Source: Diplonema japonicum (Eukaryota; Protista; Euglenozoa: Diplonemea). Taken from it: DNA of 64,000 bases. The notes under the pieces were generated by a model, which saw nothing but the letters and a program-made list of their open reading frames with translations, searched no databases and had not been told where the DNA came from. The translations under genes were made by a program, and so were the position numbers. Positions 46,881 through 58,448 of the stretch are shown piece by piece. Position 1 is the first letter of the stretch, and each line of letters starts with the position of its first letter. The DNA is taken from NCBI GenBank assembly GCA_964019335.1, contig OZ025678.1, positions 248,001-312,000 of the forward strand, read 5' to 3'.

Positions 46881-47923
46881 ATGCGTTTCTCGTCTGTGCT
46901 GCTGCTGTCGATGGGTGTGATGGCCCAGGGCCTCACTGAGGACTACATCAGGATGAACGCGAAGTCTATGTGGTCCGTGTTCAAGCAGGACTACAACAAG
47001 GTGTACTCCCCCGCGGAGGAGGGGAGGAGGTACGCGATCTTCTACCAGAACATGCTGAAGGCGGCTGAGATGGGTTCCGAGTACGGAGCCTCCCCCTTCG
47101 CGGACCTCACCGAGAAGGAGTTCTCCGTGTACCACAGCGCCGGCAACGCCTTCAAGAAGGCCCCCAAGCAGCCCCTGAGGAGTTATGCTGATGTCAAGGT
47201 CTCTGCTGACCCTGTGGATTGGAGGCCCAAGGTACAAGAAAGAAAAAAGATAAAAATAAGACAAAATAAAATTTAAATATTTACACTACTATTCTTTTTT
47301 TTTTTTAGGGAGCCGTGACCAACGTGAAGAACCAGGGCCAGTGCGGGTCGTGCTGGGCATTCTCGACAACCGGGAACGTGGAGGGGCAGTGGTTCCTTGC
47401 GGGGCACACCCTGACCTCTCTGTCTGAGGAGCAGCTCGTGGCTTGCGACAAGAAGGACGACGGGTGCAACGGGGGCCTCCCTGTGGACGCGTACAAGTAC
47501 ATCGAGAGCGCCGGGGGTCTCGAGACGGAGGGGGACTACCCGTACACCTCGGGGACCGGGAAGGTTGAGGCCTGCAAGTTCGAGTCGACCAAGGTGGCCG
47601 TGAAGATCTCCAGCGGGTCGGTCCTCCCCGGGCACGAGGCCTCGATGCTGACCTGGATGGCGGCGAACGGTCCCATGTCGATCGGTGTGTACGCTGGCGG
47701 CCTGAAGTGGCAGCTGTACACCGGCGGGATCATGAAGGGGTGCGAGGTGAGGCAGCCGGACCACGGTGTCCTCATCGTCGGCTACGGCACCGAGAGCAAC
47801 GTCCAGTACTGGATCATCAAGAACTCCTGGGGCGCGAGCTGGGGTGAGAACGGTTACCTCCGTGTCACCTACGGGGACAACTCCTGCAACATCCAGAGCA
47901 TGCCTTCCTCCTCCAAGATCTAA
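46881..47923 (+). CDS. Papain-family (C1A) cysteine protease, cathepsin L/F-like, copy 1
   Basis: Signal peptide, I29-type prodomain (ERFNIN-like, FADLT), QGQCGSCWAFS, DHGVLIVGYG, YWIIKNSWG; intron 47232-47308. Confidence 0.95.
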
Positions 47924-48366
47924 ATAAAAGCAGATCTCTGGACACCACCACCCCCACAATCATCCCTCACCCCATGATGAACTTTTTGAAAACGTTACGG
48001 GAGGGGGAACGAAACCATTTTCCCTGTTTTTTTTTCCTTTTTTTTCCCTTTCTTTTCTTTTTAACCCTTGTTCCATTTTTTTTTATTGCGGGGGGAAGAG
48101 GAGCTTCGTTCTCTCTTCTTTCCTCCATTTCCAAATTTCTTTTTTTCAGTGAGCACTCCCCCTTGCACACTGAAACTTTGTCGAATTTATTGTTGCAAAA
48201 AAAAGGGAAGCGCATTGCCTTCTTCCCTTTTCTTTCTTCCAAAACCGCGTGATATTTTGATTTTGATTTTCTTTTGCAATTGTATTTTTGTTGTTTGTTT
48301 TTCTTGTTCTCTCCCCCCCATTCTTAATCACTTCAGCTACCTGCACAACAACAACAACAACAAAAT

Positions 48367-49996
48367 ATGGATCCATCGATACTTCAGAAGTACGAGCAAG
48401 GGGAACGCCTCGGGTCCGGCAGACAGGGGTCGGTGTACAAGGTGGTGAGGAGGGTGGATGGAGGTATCTTTGCGATGAAGGTGTTGGAGGCGCCCGCGGA
48501 AGAGGTGCACAGGAAGAACGTGGAGGAGGTGCAGCACATGCTGAAGCTGAAACACAAGAACCTTGTTCCCTGCCTTGACTTCTTCGAGACGACAAAGCAG
48601 CTGGCAAGGGAATCCCTTGGGAAGGTGTGGCGGGTTCACATCGTGATGCCCCTGTACGGAAAAGGGGACCTCTGCTCATGCGTCCAAAAGGAGGGACCCC
48701 TCTCTCCGGAGAGGGCGGACAGGCTCTTGCGGGAGATGGGAGGGGTCCTTCAGTACATTCACAGTGAGGGCTTCATCCACAGGGACGTGAAACCCCAAAA
48801 CATCATGGTGTCGGGGAAGGGACCTCTTTCTGCGGCCAGTGTTACTTGCGGCGGGGAAGGGGAGGCAGAGTTCATCCTGGCCGACCTGGGACTGTCGAAG
48901 GAAGTGTCCTCCGATGGGGTAGCGAACTCCTTTGCAGGCACACCAACTTACATGGCACCCGACTTCTTCAACGAAAAGGACGGCTACACCAACAAAGTAG
49001 ACATGTGGGCCCTCGGGGTGACTGTGTGTAACGTGGTGCTCCAAGAAGACCTGAGGAATCTCTTTCTGAAGTACCTGCATTCTAACCGGGAGCTTGTGAT
49101 GGGGGAGCTTCAGACCCACCTCCCCCCTGCCCTCTTGGGGGTTGTGTCCCGCCTCCTCTCCACCGACCCTTTGGAACGCCCCAGTGCACTGGAGATGCTG
49201 CAGACGAGACCCCCTGGGATGGTTCCTCAGCCAACTGGAATTGTTCTTCTTGCTGTTGGGAGTGTTGGTGGAGAAGAGAGGAAAAGGAAGCTCTGCGTGG
49301 CAGTGGGGGCAGCAAAGGCCTTCTCTTCGATGGGGCAGGAGCTCCTCAGGGTTCGCAGGTTGGAGGTCTTCGACAAGGACTTCGGGGAGTTCGTGGAGGA
49401 GGACGACGGGGACATCGTGTTCCAGGACAAGGGACGGGTCCGTGTCGTGTTTGAAGCACCGCTCCCAACCACCGCTGCTACTTCAACCACAGCTACTTCT
49501 TCAACCACCAGTGACAGCAGCAGCAACATGCACCCACCTGCTGCGAACAACACCACCCTCACAAAAGAGGAGGAGAGGCTTGCCTTGGCCAGTGCTGTTT
49601 CAAAAGGCGACCTTGAGGAGATGAGGCATCTTGTTCTGGAGCGGGGTGTTGACCCTGGTGCAACGGACAGCGATGGTTTCACAGCCCTGCACTATGCAGC
49701 TCGCGGAAACAACTGTGTCGAGGCTGTGGCTGCTCTCGTCTGTTCTTACGACCAGGACCCTGGTGTCAGAAGCAACTATGGTTGGACTCCGGTCCATGAA
49801 GCAGCAGAGAATGGAAGTCTCGAGACAGTTAAATATCTTGTTGAGACTCGCAGTCTCGGCGTAGGTGTCAAAAGCAACGATGGTCGGACACCGCTTCACC
49901 AAGCAGCACTGAAGGGCCACCTCGAGACAGTTAAATATTTTGTTGAAATCAGGAGAGGTGCGGCATCACGCACTCTTTCCGTCTCATACACAAAGA

Positions 49997-50057
<61 letters not shown>

Positions 50058-50168
50058 TGTTGAAACTCGCGGTCAAGACGCTGGTGTCAAATGCAACTAC
50101 GGTCGGACACCGCTTAATCTAGCAGCACTGAACGGTTACCTCGAGACAACTAAATATCTTGTTGAAAC
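48367..50168 (+). CDS. Ser/Thr protein kinase + ankyrin repeats, copy 1; 5' part, interrupted by two retroelement insertions
   Basis: GSGRQG, AMK, HRDVKPQN, DLG, GTPTYMAPD, DMWALG; ankyrin units GxTPLHxAA..GHLETVKYLVE. Confidence 0.85.
49949..50055 (+). mobile_element. Severely 5'-truncated copy (about 45 nt + poly-A) of the adjacent non-LTR retrotransposon
   Basis: CAGGAGAGGTGCGGCATCACGCACTCTTTCCGTCTCATACAC is identical to 57500-57541, followed by poly-A. Flanked by TTGTTGAAA on both sides (49940-49948, 50057-50065). Confidence 0.9.
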
Positions 50169-50656
50169 AAACTGTACTTTGTACTGTACTTTACTGTACT
50201 GTACTTTATTGGCTGCTCCCCGTGGCCAATAAGGTTCCTACAGGGAGTCAACGGGGCTGTCTTCCCTTATTACACACCTCGCCCCCCACACACACAAAAA
50301 AAAAAAAAGAAAGAATATTGTAATTGTAATAGTTGTTTGCTGGTGACCGGTGAACGGTGCTGGTGGTGTTGGCTGAGCGGGCTGGTTTAGCTGATTGGTT
50401 GAATTGAATTGATTTGAGTTGAATTGAGTTGTGTTGTCTGCTGGTGAGTGGTGATTGGTGCTGGTGTTGGTAGTATTGGTTGAGCTGGTTGGTTTGATTG
50501 CAAGAATTGAACAGAAGTGTTGGAGAACGCTAGATCCCTCCTTCCTTCCCTTCCTCTTTCATTCCTTCCCTTCCTTCCTATTCTACTGCTGCATTTCCTC
50601 GTCATCATCATCATCATCATCATCATTTATTCTCGTCTTCTTCCGCCACTGTCAGT

Positions 50657-52525
50657 ATGAACGTCAACCTCATACTGGACAAGCTGGAGAGCTTGAAGGG
50701 AGGGTCCCTTACGGTGGAGGTGAGGACCCAGATATATCGGATGATCAACCTGATCACCGATATGATGGTGGCGGAGATGGGGCAGGGGCCGGCCCTGCAG
50801 GTGTCTACACCGGCGCGGAGGACGCAGCCGGAGCCGCAGCAGCCGCCCGTGCTGACGCCGGGGCCATGGAGGACGCCGCGGAGGGCTCCACGGACCCCCG
50901 GGAAGCCGACGAAGGGGAAGTGGAGCGACCCCAGAAGGAGCGGCAGGGGAGCCTGCGAGGGAGGCGAGACTGGTCCCGGGTGACTGGTTGCTTCCTGTGC
51001 TGGAGGAGGCAGGGGACGAGGGGGTACTGCTGGTGCCCGAAGGGGGAGAGGCCGAGGCCTACGACGCCGCCGCAGACAGCTGCGCGGACAAGCTGTTGCA
51101 GAGCAGCAACGGCACGTGGGTCCTGCTGACGCGGAGGAGGGTCAAGGCCCTCAACGGAGGGCTGCCACACGCCCATGAGAACGTGAGGATGGCGGTGCCA
51201 GTGGGCCTGAAGGCACCGAAGACACTATTCGTGACAGTGTTGGGAAGTTCCCTGAAGGGGGACTCCTGACTGGGGTGCAGCAGCCGCAGCTTCCGACCGC
51301 AGAACCGACGGGGGAGGCTACAGCAGAGGCCCTGAAGAAGCAGCGGACGGTGGTGATGTCGGCAGTGCTTGCCGCCAAGCACATCCAGAAGAAGGAGCCG
51401 GGGGTCTGGGCTCAATTGGTGGACCAACAGGTGGGAGGCGAGTGTGCAAAGCGCGAGGTGGCGCACGCAGCAAGGAACGTGGGAGTGGTGCTGCACCCCA
51501 CGTACATGTGGGGGGTCACCCGGGAGCAGGGACGGGTGGAACTGATGCTGAGGACGAAGCCGGCGGAAGCTGAAAAGCTTCTTCGCGCCTCAGGACACGG
51601 AAGGGTCTTCTTCAAGGCGCACTCATTCAACAGGGGGAGAGAGCTTGCGGCCGACTCCATTTGCTGGCTGAAGAAGGAAGTCCCGGTGGAGGAAGCACGG
51701 AGGGCGGCGCTGACGCACCAGGTGGGACTCGCCTACACCAAGTCGCGGCTTGGGATCAGGCTCTCATCGCCGGAGCTCAGGGCGGCGTTGGAGATCTCCA
51801 GTGGGGACCTCTTAGAAGAGCCGAGGCCGAGGCGGAACCGGTACATAGTTACTGGAGGAAAAATGCACGATCACACGGATGACGTACTAGCGGAGCTGCG
51901 GACGGCAGGGTGGAACTGTGCCAGCGCCGCCACGTTCGTCAGGCGGGGAAGCGGTGCGCGCACCTTCGTTGTCTGGGCGGAGCAGGGTCCGAGTTTTGGG
52001 ATGTTCGGCAGGGATGGAGAGCTCGAGCCGCTCAGGGTGAGGCAGGCGGTGGACAGCGTGAGGCCCCAGGGGCAGAAGAGATGGAACGGCCCCACCAGGG
52101 GCGTGCGGTTGCCGAGGAGGGTAGGGGACCCCTCTGACCGGCCCCCGGTGCAAGCTAGCTCCCCTCCCCGTGCGACAGGGGTGAACCCCGGCCCTACGGC
52201 AGAAACGGGTGTGGAGGCCGCGTCGTCGTCGTCGTCGTCGTCGTCAAGGATGGACGATGGGGAAGGGACGGTGGAACGGGACGGGAGAAAGCGCCCGCAT
52301 TCGGAGAGGTCGCCGGAGACGGCCTGTCTGGCGGAGAAGAAGGTCCACACGCACGAGTGGCCCGAGAAGAGCGGGGAGGCGGCGACGGAGAGCTGGGTGT
52401 GCAGCGGATGCGGTGACAAACGCCCCAGGACAAGGCCGAGGGAATGCTCGTGCGGCATGTGCATCTGTGTGGGGTGCTACACGAAAGTGCGCAGGGAAGG
52501 CGAGGCGAAGGCGAAGGAGGAATGA
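50657..52525 (+). CDS. Retrotransposon ORF1 (two apparent frameshifts near 50945 and 51257), C-terminal Cys-rich finger
   Basis: Consecutive ORF pieces 50657-50983, 50988-51269 and 51275-52525; ends WVCSGC..ECSCGMCICVGC. Confidence 0.6.
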
Positions 52526-52549
52526 CTATTCCTTCCTTCCTTTGCGCGC

Positions 52550-55500
52550 GTGCTCCGCTGTGTGCGGTTGTTGTTGGTGTTGTTGTTGTTCCTACTACTT
52601 CTTCTTCTTCCTCTTCATCTTCTTCTTCTCGGGTATGTTGGAGGAGCGACGGGCGCAGCGGGGGAATCGCGCGGATGGATGCACAAGGAGCTCGCTCTCT
52701 TCACCTGTCTCTTGTGGCACAACAACAGCATGGCCGATGTGAAGCAGGATCCGAGGACCCGCTCGACTGTGGTAAGACAGCTCCTGCTGCTCGCAGGCGA
52801 TGTGGAGCGCAACCCGGGGCCACAGTTGGTGGTTGGCACGCAAAACGTGACTTCCTGCAACTCGCAGATTGCAGCGATTCAAGGCATCCTGGAGGCAACG
52901 GGGACGCACGTGATGGGGATCACTGAGACGCGTGTCCTGCGTGCCGGGAGAGCCTTCGTGGAGAATGCGATGGCGGAGAGCGGGATGCGGGTGCTTTGGG
53001 CCGAAGCAGCTGATGTAGGACCAAATCTCTACTCGTGCAGCAGCAGAGGGGTGGCGCTACTGCTCCCTCGAGAGGCTCTTGCCTGGACCGTCACGCCGAA
53101 CGATGAAGATACGCTGCTTTACGTCAACGAGGGCAGGCTTGGGCACTACGAGGTAGCATGCGGGGAAGGAGGCAACACGGTGCACATCTTGCTCGTTTAC
53201 GCATACCAGCAGAGGGAGGCGAGTAGGCGGGAGGCTCTGCTCAGGACGGTCTTCCGGTACGCGGCGGGACTGGGGCAAGTGCCAGTGGTGGTCATGGGGG
53301 ACATGAATGCCGATGGTGAAAGATCGAAGGCGCTGCACGCCGCAGTAATCGGGGGATGGACCGATGCATCGCTGGAGTGTGCGGAGAGAGAAGGACGGGA
53401 TCCACCGGTGACGTATCGGCGCAGCGAGGAGAGTCAGGACGGAACGCGGATCGACATGATCCTGCTCAATCAGGTGGCGGCAACAGGCCTGAGATCGTCG
53501 AGCACCGTGGAGACCAGCTTCCCTCAACACTGTACGGTAACGGCGGAGCTGGGGACGGAGGCGTTCAGTCAGGCGTGCCTCGCATACAGGCTTCCGAAAG
53601 CCATCGACGTGGACAGCTGGCCGACGTGGTCTAACGAGGAAGAGGACGAACTGGCGGAGGAGTGCGCACGGGGGTGTGAGGCGCCTTCCCCGGGGTGGCA
53701 GGGGAGTGGGCTAACGTGACGGCCGCCATGGAGGAATACCTGCTCCGAAGAGACAGCGAAGTGACCCACACGCGAGGGCATCGGGGAAGGGGTGCTCTCC
53801 GGGAACCGATTGTCTCGAAGGTGGCTGTCGAGACCCGGTGCAAAGGGAGCGGGGAAGCGACGCTGCGCCAGGTCCACGTCATGAAGGCGTTGAACAAGAC
53901 GGGGGCCGTCCTGAGGATGATGAGGACAGCGGAGACGACGGGGATCGCACTCGCTGCGTTGCGGGAGCCGCGGAAACGAGGCAAGTAGGTGTTGGGCCAA
54001 TGCGAGAAGGCAGAGGACGCTCGCAGGCCCACACTTGCCGGACGACACACAGTGGCCAGTAATACTTCCCTCTCGAGAACACATGGAAGGACTGGTACGT
54101 CTTGTGGGCGAGGTGGGAAGGAACCTCGCGGCCTCGGCAGCATCCGAGAAGATGAGGTCGTGGAGGGGGAGACTGGAGCGTGAGTTCCAGCGGGGAGGAA
54201 CGCAGCTGGCGAGGATGGTAAGGGGAGATGAACCGAGATGCGGCCTTACCATGCTGCGGCGAGACGACGGCTCGACGACAGCGGATGTGTCGGAGATAGA
54301 CGATGCGTGCATCGAGGCGTGGGGTCCGGTCATGAGGATGTATGACCGCGACAACCCCGAGCCAGCATGGGCCCCTTTCGCGGAGCGTTTCGGGCGGTAC
54401 GTGCCCCACCGAGAACAAGAGCTGGACGACATCACCGCGGACGAGATTAGCGCGGTGCTGAAGACGAGGACGCGCGGGGCCTGTGGGGTGGACGGATGGC
54501 GGCTGAAGGAGCTGAAGAAGATACCAACACCGTTGCTCCAGAGGCTCGCACATTTCTATAACAGGGTGGAGGAGGAAGGGGCTTGGCCCCCAGCACTCAT
54601 GACTGCGCTTGTGTCGCTCATTCCGAAGGGGGAAGGAAAACGACCGCTGCAACAACGTCCCATCACCGTGACGTCGCTGATCTACAGGACATGGGCCACG
54701 GTGCGCGTGCTACGATGGCAGGAGGAATGGATTCACCCCACGCAGAGTGGCTTCCGGAAGGGAAAGTCAACGTACAACACGGTGATGCAGATCTCGCTGC
54801 AGATCGAGGAGTCCCTCCTCACAGGGAAGCCGCTTCACGGCCTGGCCCTGGACTACGCCAAGTGCTTTGACAGGGTGCCGAGGGAGGTCACACTGAAGCT
54901 CCTGGAGACGATGGGAATGTCGGAACGAGTGCTGCGGCCTTTGAGAGCTGTCTACGGCGGGCTCCGGCGGAGGTTCAAGTACGCCCTGGGTGTGGGCCGT
55001 GCCTTTGAGACCACGAATGGTGTGCTACAGGGATGCCCCCTCTCCGTGGTGCTCATCAACGCGCTGATCAGTGTGTGGGCGCGAGCGATTGAGGGGGAGC
55101 ATCCAGGCGTGCTCACACCTTCGTATGCGGATGACGGCTACCTGGTTTCTCTGGAAGGACATGCGAAGGTACAGGCGGCAGCCGACCTTACCAACGAGTT
55201 CTGCGTGCTCACTGGCATGGCACTGAACGAGGGGAAGACATTCGCCTTCAGCACGGCCAAGAAAGCGAAGAAGGTACGGAACAGCAGGACTGGAGGCCAC
55301 TTCCCTGCGACAGAGAGGGTCGCGTGTTTGGGGTGCACGCTGGTGACCACGAATAGCGCGAGACAAGTCGATGAGCGAGTACGGGCGGCGACAAGGAGGG
55401 TCGCGAACCTGGGAGGTGTCCCGCTTCCGTTCGACGTAAAGACGATGCTCCATGGATCGATCTGCACGAGCTCCGTCCTGTACAGCGCACCCTTCAACAG

Positions 55501-57388
55501 ATGCAGTGCGGCCGCCAGGGTCGCGTACGTGGACGAGTCGGTGTTGAGCCTGTGGGGGCACGACACGGGGAGATCGAGGAGGTGCAACAAGGCGGTGCTG
55601 GTGGTTGCGGGGTACTCTCACCGCAACTACATGAACGTAGCGGAGCGGTACCGGAGGGTGCAGTTCGCTGCGGTGCAGTGCAGGAGAGATGCTGGTCTGG
55701 TGACGAGGCTGAACGAGGTGAAAGCCCTCTACGACAAGAGAGGCGTGTCACCTTCCGTTGCAGGGAACTATGCTGACGAACGGGGTCCGGTCGGCCTTCT
55801 GGTCGCCGACCTGAAGTCAGTGGGACTGATGTGGGAACACGACCTCCGGGCTCTGAGGACCGAGAACGGAGACGTGGTTGACCCCTTGGCCATGGAGCCA
55901 CGCGAGTGGGAACACTATGTGCGCGTCCTGCTGAAGAAGCAGGCGTTTGCGGAGGTGGTGAAACTGAGGCCAGAATATGCCGGCATCGAAGGGGGCGTGG
56001 ATTTTGTGGCGACGAACTCGCTCCGCAGGAAGACTGGCTCGTACGCTGTGCAGAGAAGCCTGCTGAAGATCGTGACGGCCGGGGTCGTGACGAACGACTA
56101 CCTGTCACACGCGAGCAGGGGGAACATCGGGGAGGAATGTGAGCTGTGCGAGAGTGGGGAAAGAGAGACCCGGGAACACCTGTGGTGGCACTGTGACGCC
56201 TACGCCGACATCCGTGCCGAATATGGACTCAACGCTGAGACTGCGGCGGGTTGGCCGAGCTGTCTGCGGACCCTGGGGGTGATGCCAAAGGACTTCAACA
56301 CCGGAGATCGCACCCTTCTCGCGGAGAAGGTGCAGGCGATGATGTGCGCGATCAACAGCAAGAGACTTTCCTTTGTGGACAACAAAAGAACCCTCCGCCT
56401 GCGGACACCGCCGTGGGATGCAGTGGCTGGGGTGCCGGGCACCAGGCACGAGTCCCCTTTTAGGGGCAAGTTGCCGGCGGGCGGGCTGTGGGTCTGGGAC
56501 GCCAGTCATTTCTTGGCGCTGAACGACTGGCTGTCCATGCTCGAGTGGACGGACGAGGGGCAAATATCAAGTGTCGAGCTTGCCATCGACTACGAGGCGT
56601 TCTCGGGTCTTCGGATCGAGAAGACGGTAGGCTTCCGCCGCCGGACCGTAGGGACGACAGGGCCGCTGACCTTGAAAGAGAGAAGCGGTGAGCTTTACTT
56701 CATGCTGGAACGCATGAGAATGATGAGAGAGAGGTTTGGGAACGAGACCCCGCTGATACCGGCCGAGATGGGTCAAGTGACGTGCCTGGCGCGGGTGGGT
56801 GGCCCGCTGCAGCTCTACGGCTACAGGAGAAGGCCGCGGTTTGTGTCGATGGGCACGACCGCCGTCGTCGAGAAGATCCTGCAGAAGGGTGTGAGCGAGC
56901 TGTTGGCGGGTACGACGTGGGGGACTGGCCTCTACCCCGAGTACCCCGAGACCGACCACAGCGAGCAGCACTGGGCAGACCTTGTTGAGAGGCTGGAGGG
57001 GAGAGAGGACGAGGGAGCGGTGCAGGACCCTGTGTACTGCCCCCCGGGGGTGCTCACCTTTACAGGGACGCACTGGACCGGGAGCACCACGTGCAGGCGA
57101 CATCGGAAGCCGAAATGCGACCGATGTGGGAACGCGCCGAAGAAGGCCGCGATTACCCTGGATGCGTGCTGCCGCGCGCACCACCACGAAGCGGATGGGC
57201 TGCCCGTGAGGGTATGCGAGGCCCACTCCATGACAGTTTGCGGGAAGTGTTCGTCGCTTGTGCGATGCTGCAAGAAGCACCATGTGTGCAAAAGGCATGC
57301 GGAGAGGACTTGCTCTATATGCAAGGAGGGGACGGAACTGGTGGACCGGTTACCGTCTGCTTGCTGTGCGAAGGGCCATCATGGCTAG
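52550..57388 (+). CDS. Retrotransposon ORF2: 2A-like peptide, AP endonuclease, reverse transcriptase, CCHC finger (frameshifts near 53700 and 53970)
   Basis: APE motifs GTQNV, GITET, MGDMNA, RIDMI, PQH. RT motifs QRPITVTS, QSGFRKG, LDYAKCFDRV, GVLQGCPLS, YADD. Finger CELC..ETREHLWWHC. No RNase H recognised. Confidence 0.88.
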
Positions 57389-57540
57389 CGGACCGCCAGG
57401 CCGCCCGAGCAGTGACTGCCTGAACAAGGCCGCGTCGCCGACGCAACGTCACCCTACACCCTGCACCCTACGTCCCTTTTCCTACACCCTCCCCTACACC
57501 AGGAGAGGTGCGGCATCACGCACTCTTTCCGTCTCATACA

Positions 57541-57582
<42 letters not shown>

Positions 57583-57584
<2 letters not shown>

Positions 57585-57893
57585 TGTTGAAACTCGCGGT
57601 CTCGACGCAGGTGTCATGTGCAACAACGGTCGGACACCGCTTCATCGGGCAGCACTGAACGGCCACCTCGAAACAATTAAATATCTTGTTGAAACTCTCG
57701 GTCTCGACGCAGGTGTCAAAAGCAACGACGGTCGGACACCGGTTCATCAAGCAGCACTGAAAGGCCACCTCGAAACAATTAAATATGTTGAAACTCTCGG
57801 TCTCGACGCAGGTGTAAATGCAACGACGGTCGGACACCGCTTGCTCTAGCCAAAATGAGCGGAAACCCCAAGTTGGTTAGTTATCTGTCTTAG
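57583..57893 (+). pseudogene. Displaced 3' ankyrin repeats of kinase-ankyrin copy 1
   Basis: LVETRGLDAGVMCNNGRTPLHRAA...; frameshift near 57815, after which the alternative frame ends GRTPLALAKMSGNPKLVSYLS*. Confidence 0.8.
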
Positions 57894-58448
57894 GCAATAT
57901 GGGAGTAAAGAGAAGCTCCCCATTTAAAAGACTAACCCAAAGAGCGATTTTATTTAATAAATGAAAAAACGCTTTATGCTATGAAGCATCAATGAAAAAA
58001 AAGAATGAAAAAGAAGAGGAGAAATAAAAAACATGAAGTGTTATAAGAGAAAAACTACCAACCCACCCTGTGCACCGAGTAATCGTTTTATCCATTCTCG
58101 AATGGTGCTCTGCCACTGAAGTCTCGCTTCTGGTGCTAGATATGTGGGTCTTCGCGCTCCGGGGTGGAAGGGGTGGTGGAAACATTTGAAAAATAAAATA
58201 TAAAAAACAGTGATCCTTTATGGTTTTAAAAAAAAGAAAAGAAAACCGACAACCAACAAAAAAGAATAAAATTCTACCTATTAACGAGAAAGTGTTCCCC
58301 CTTTTTTTTCACTCCAAAACGCGTCCACCGATATGGTTCCCTTCCCCCCCCCCTTTTTTTTTAATGTGTCTTTCTTTTGTAGATAAGTACTTCAGGCAAG
58401 GTAGAAATATAAAAAGAAATTTAAAAAAAAAAAAAAAGGAACTAACCG

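Larger units (their letters stand above)
50169..57582 (+). mobile_element. Apparently full-length non-LTR retrotransposon (ORF1 + 2A-APE-RT ORF2, poly-A tail, 11-bp TSD)
   Basis: TSD CTTGTTGAAAC at 50158-50168 and 57583-57593; ~41-nt poly-A; ankyrin coding sequence resumes after the element. Confidence 0.92.

Noticed and set aside
49998-50055. Poly-lysine tract as a genuine protein feature of the kinase
   Set aside because: It is the poly-A tail of a retro-insertion; being in frame depends on an unreliable homopolymer length.
50204-50270. HDV-like ribozyme (as in L1Tc/ingi 5' ends), suggested by the TCCCCGT loop
   Set aside because: The flanking P3 (TGC/GGC) does not pair and no G-initiated P1 is in the right order. 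Kept only as a generic pseudoknot.
52444-52926. ORF2 initiation at the ATG overlapping the ORF1 stop (ATGA, 52522)
   Set aside because: That ATG is in a frame ending at 52926 that does not encode the 2A or APE.
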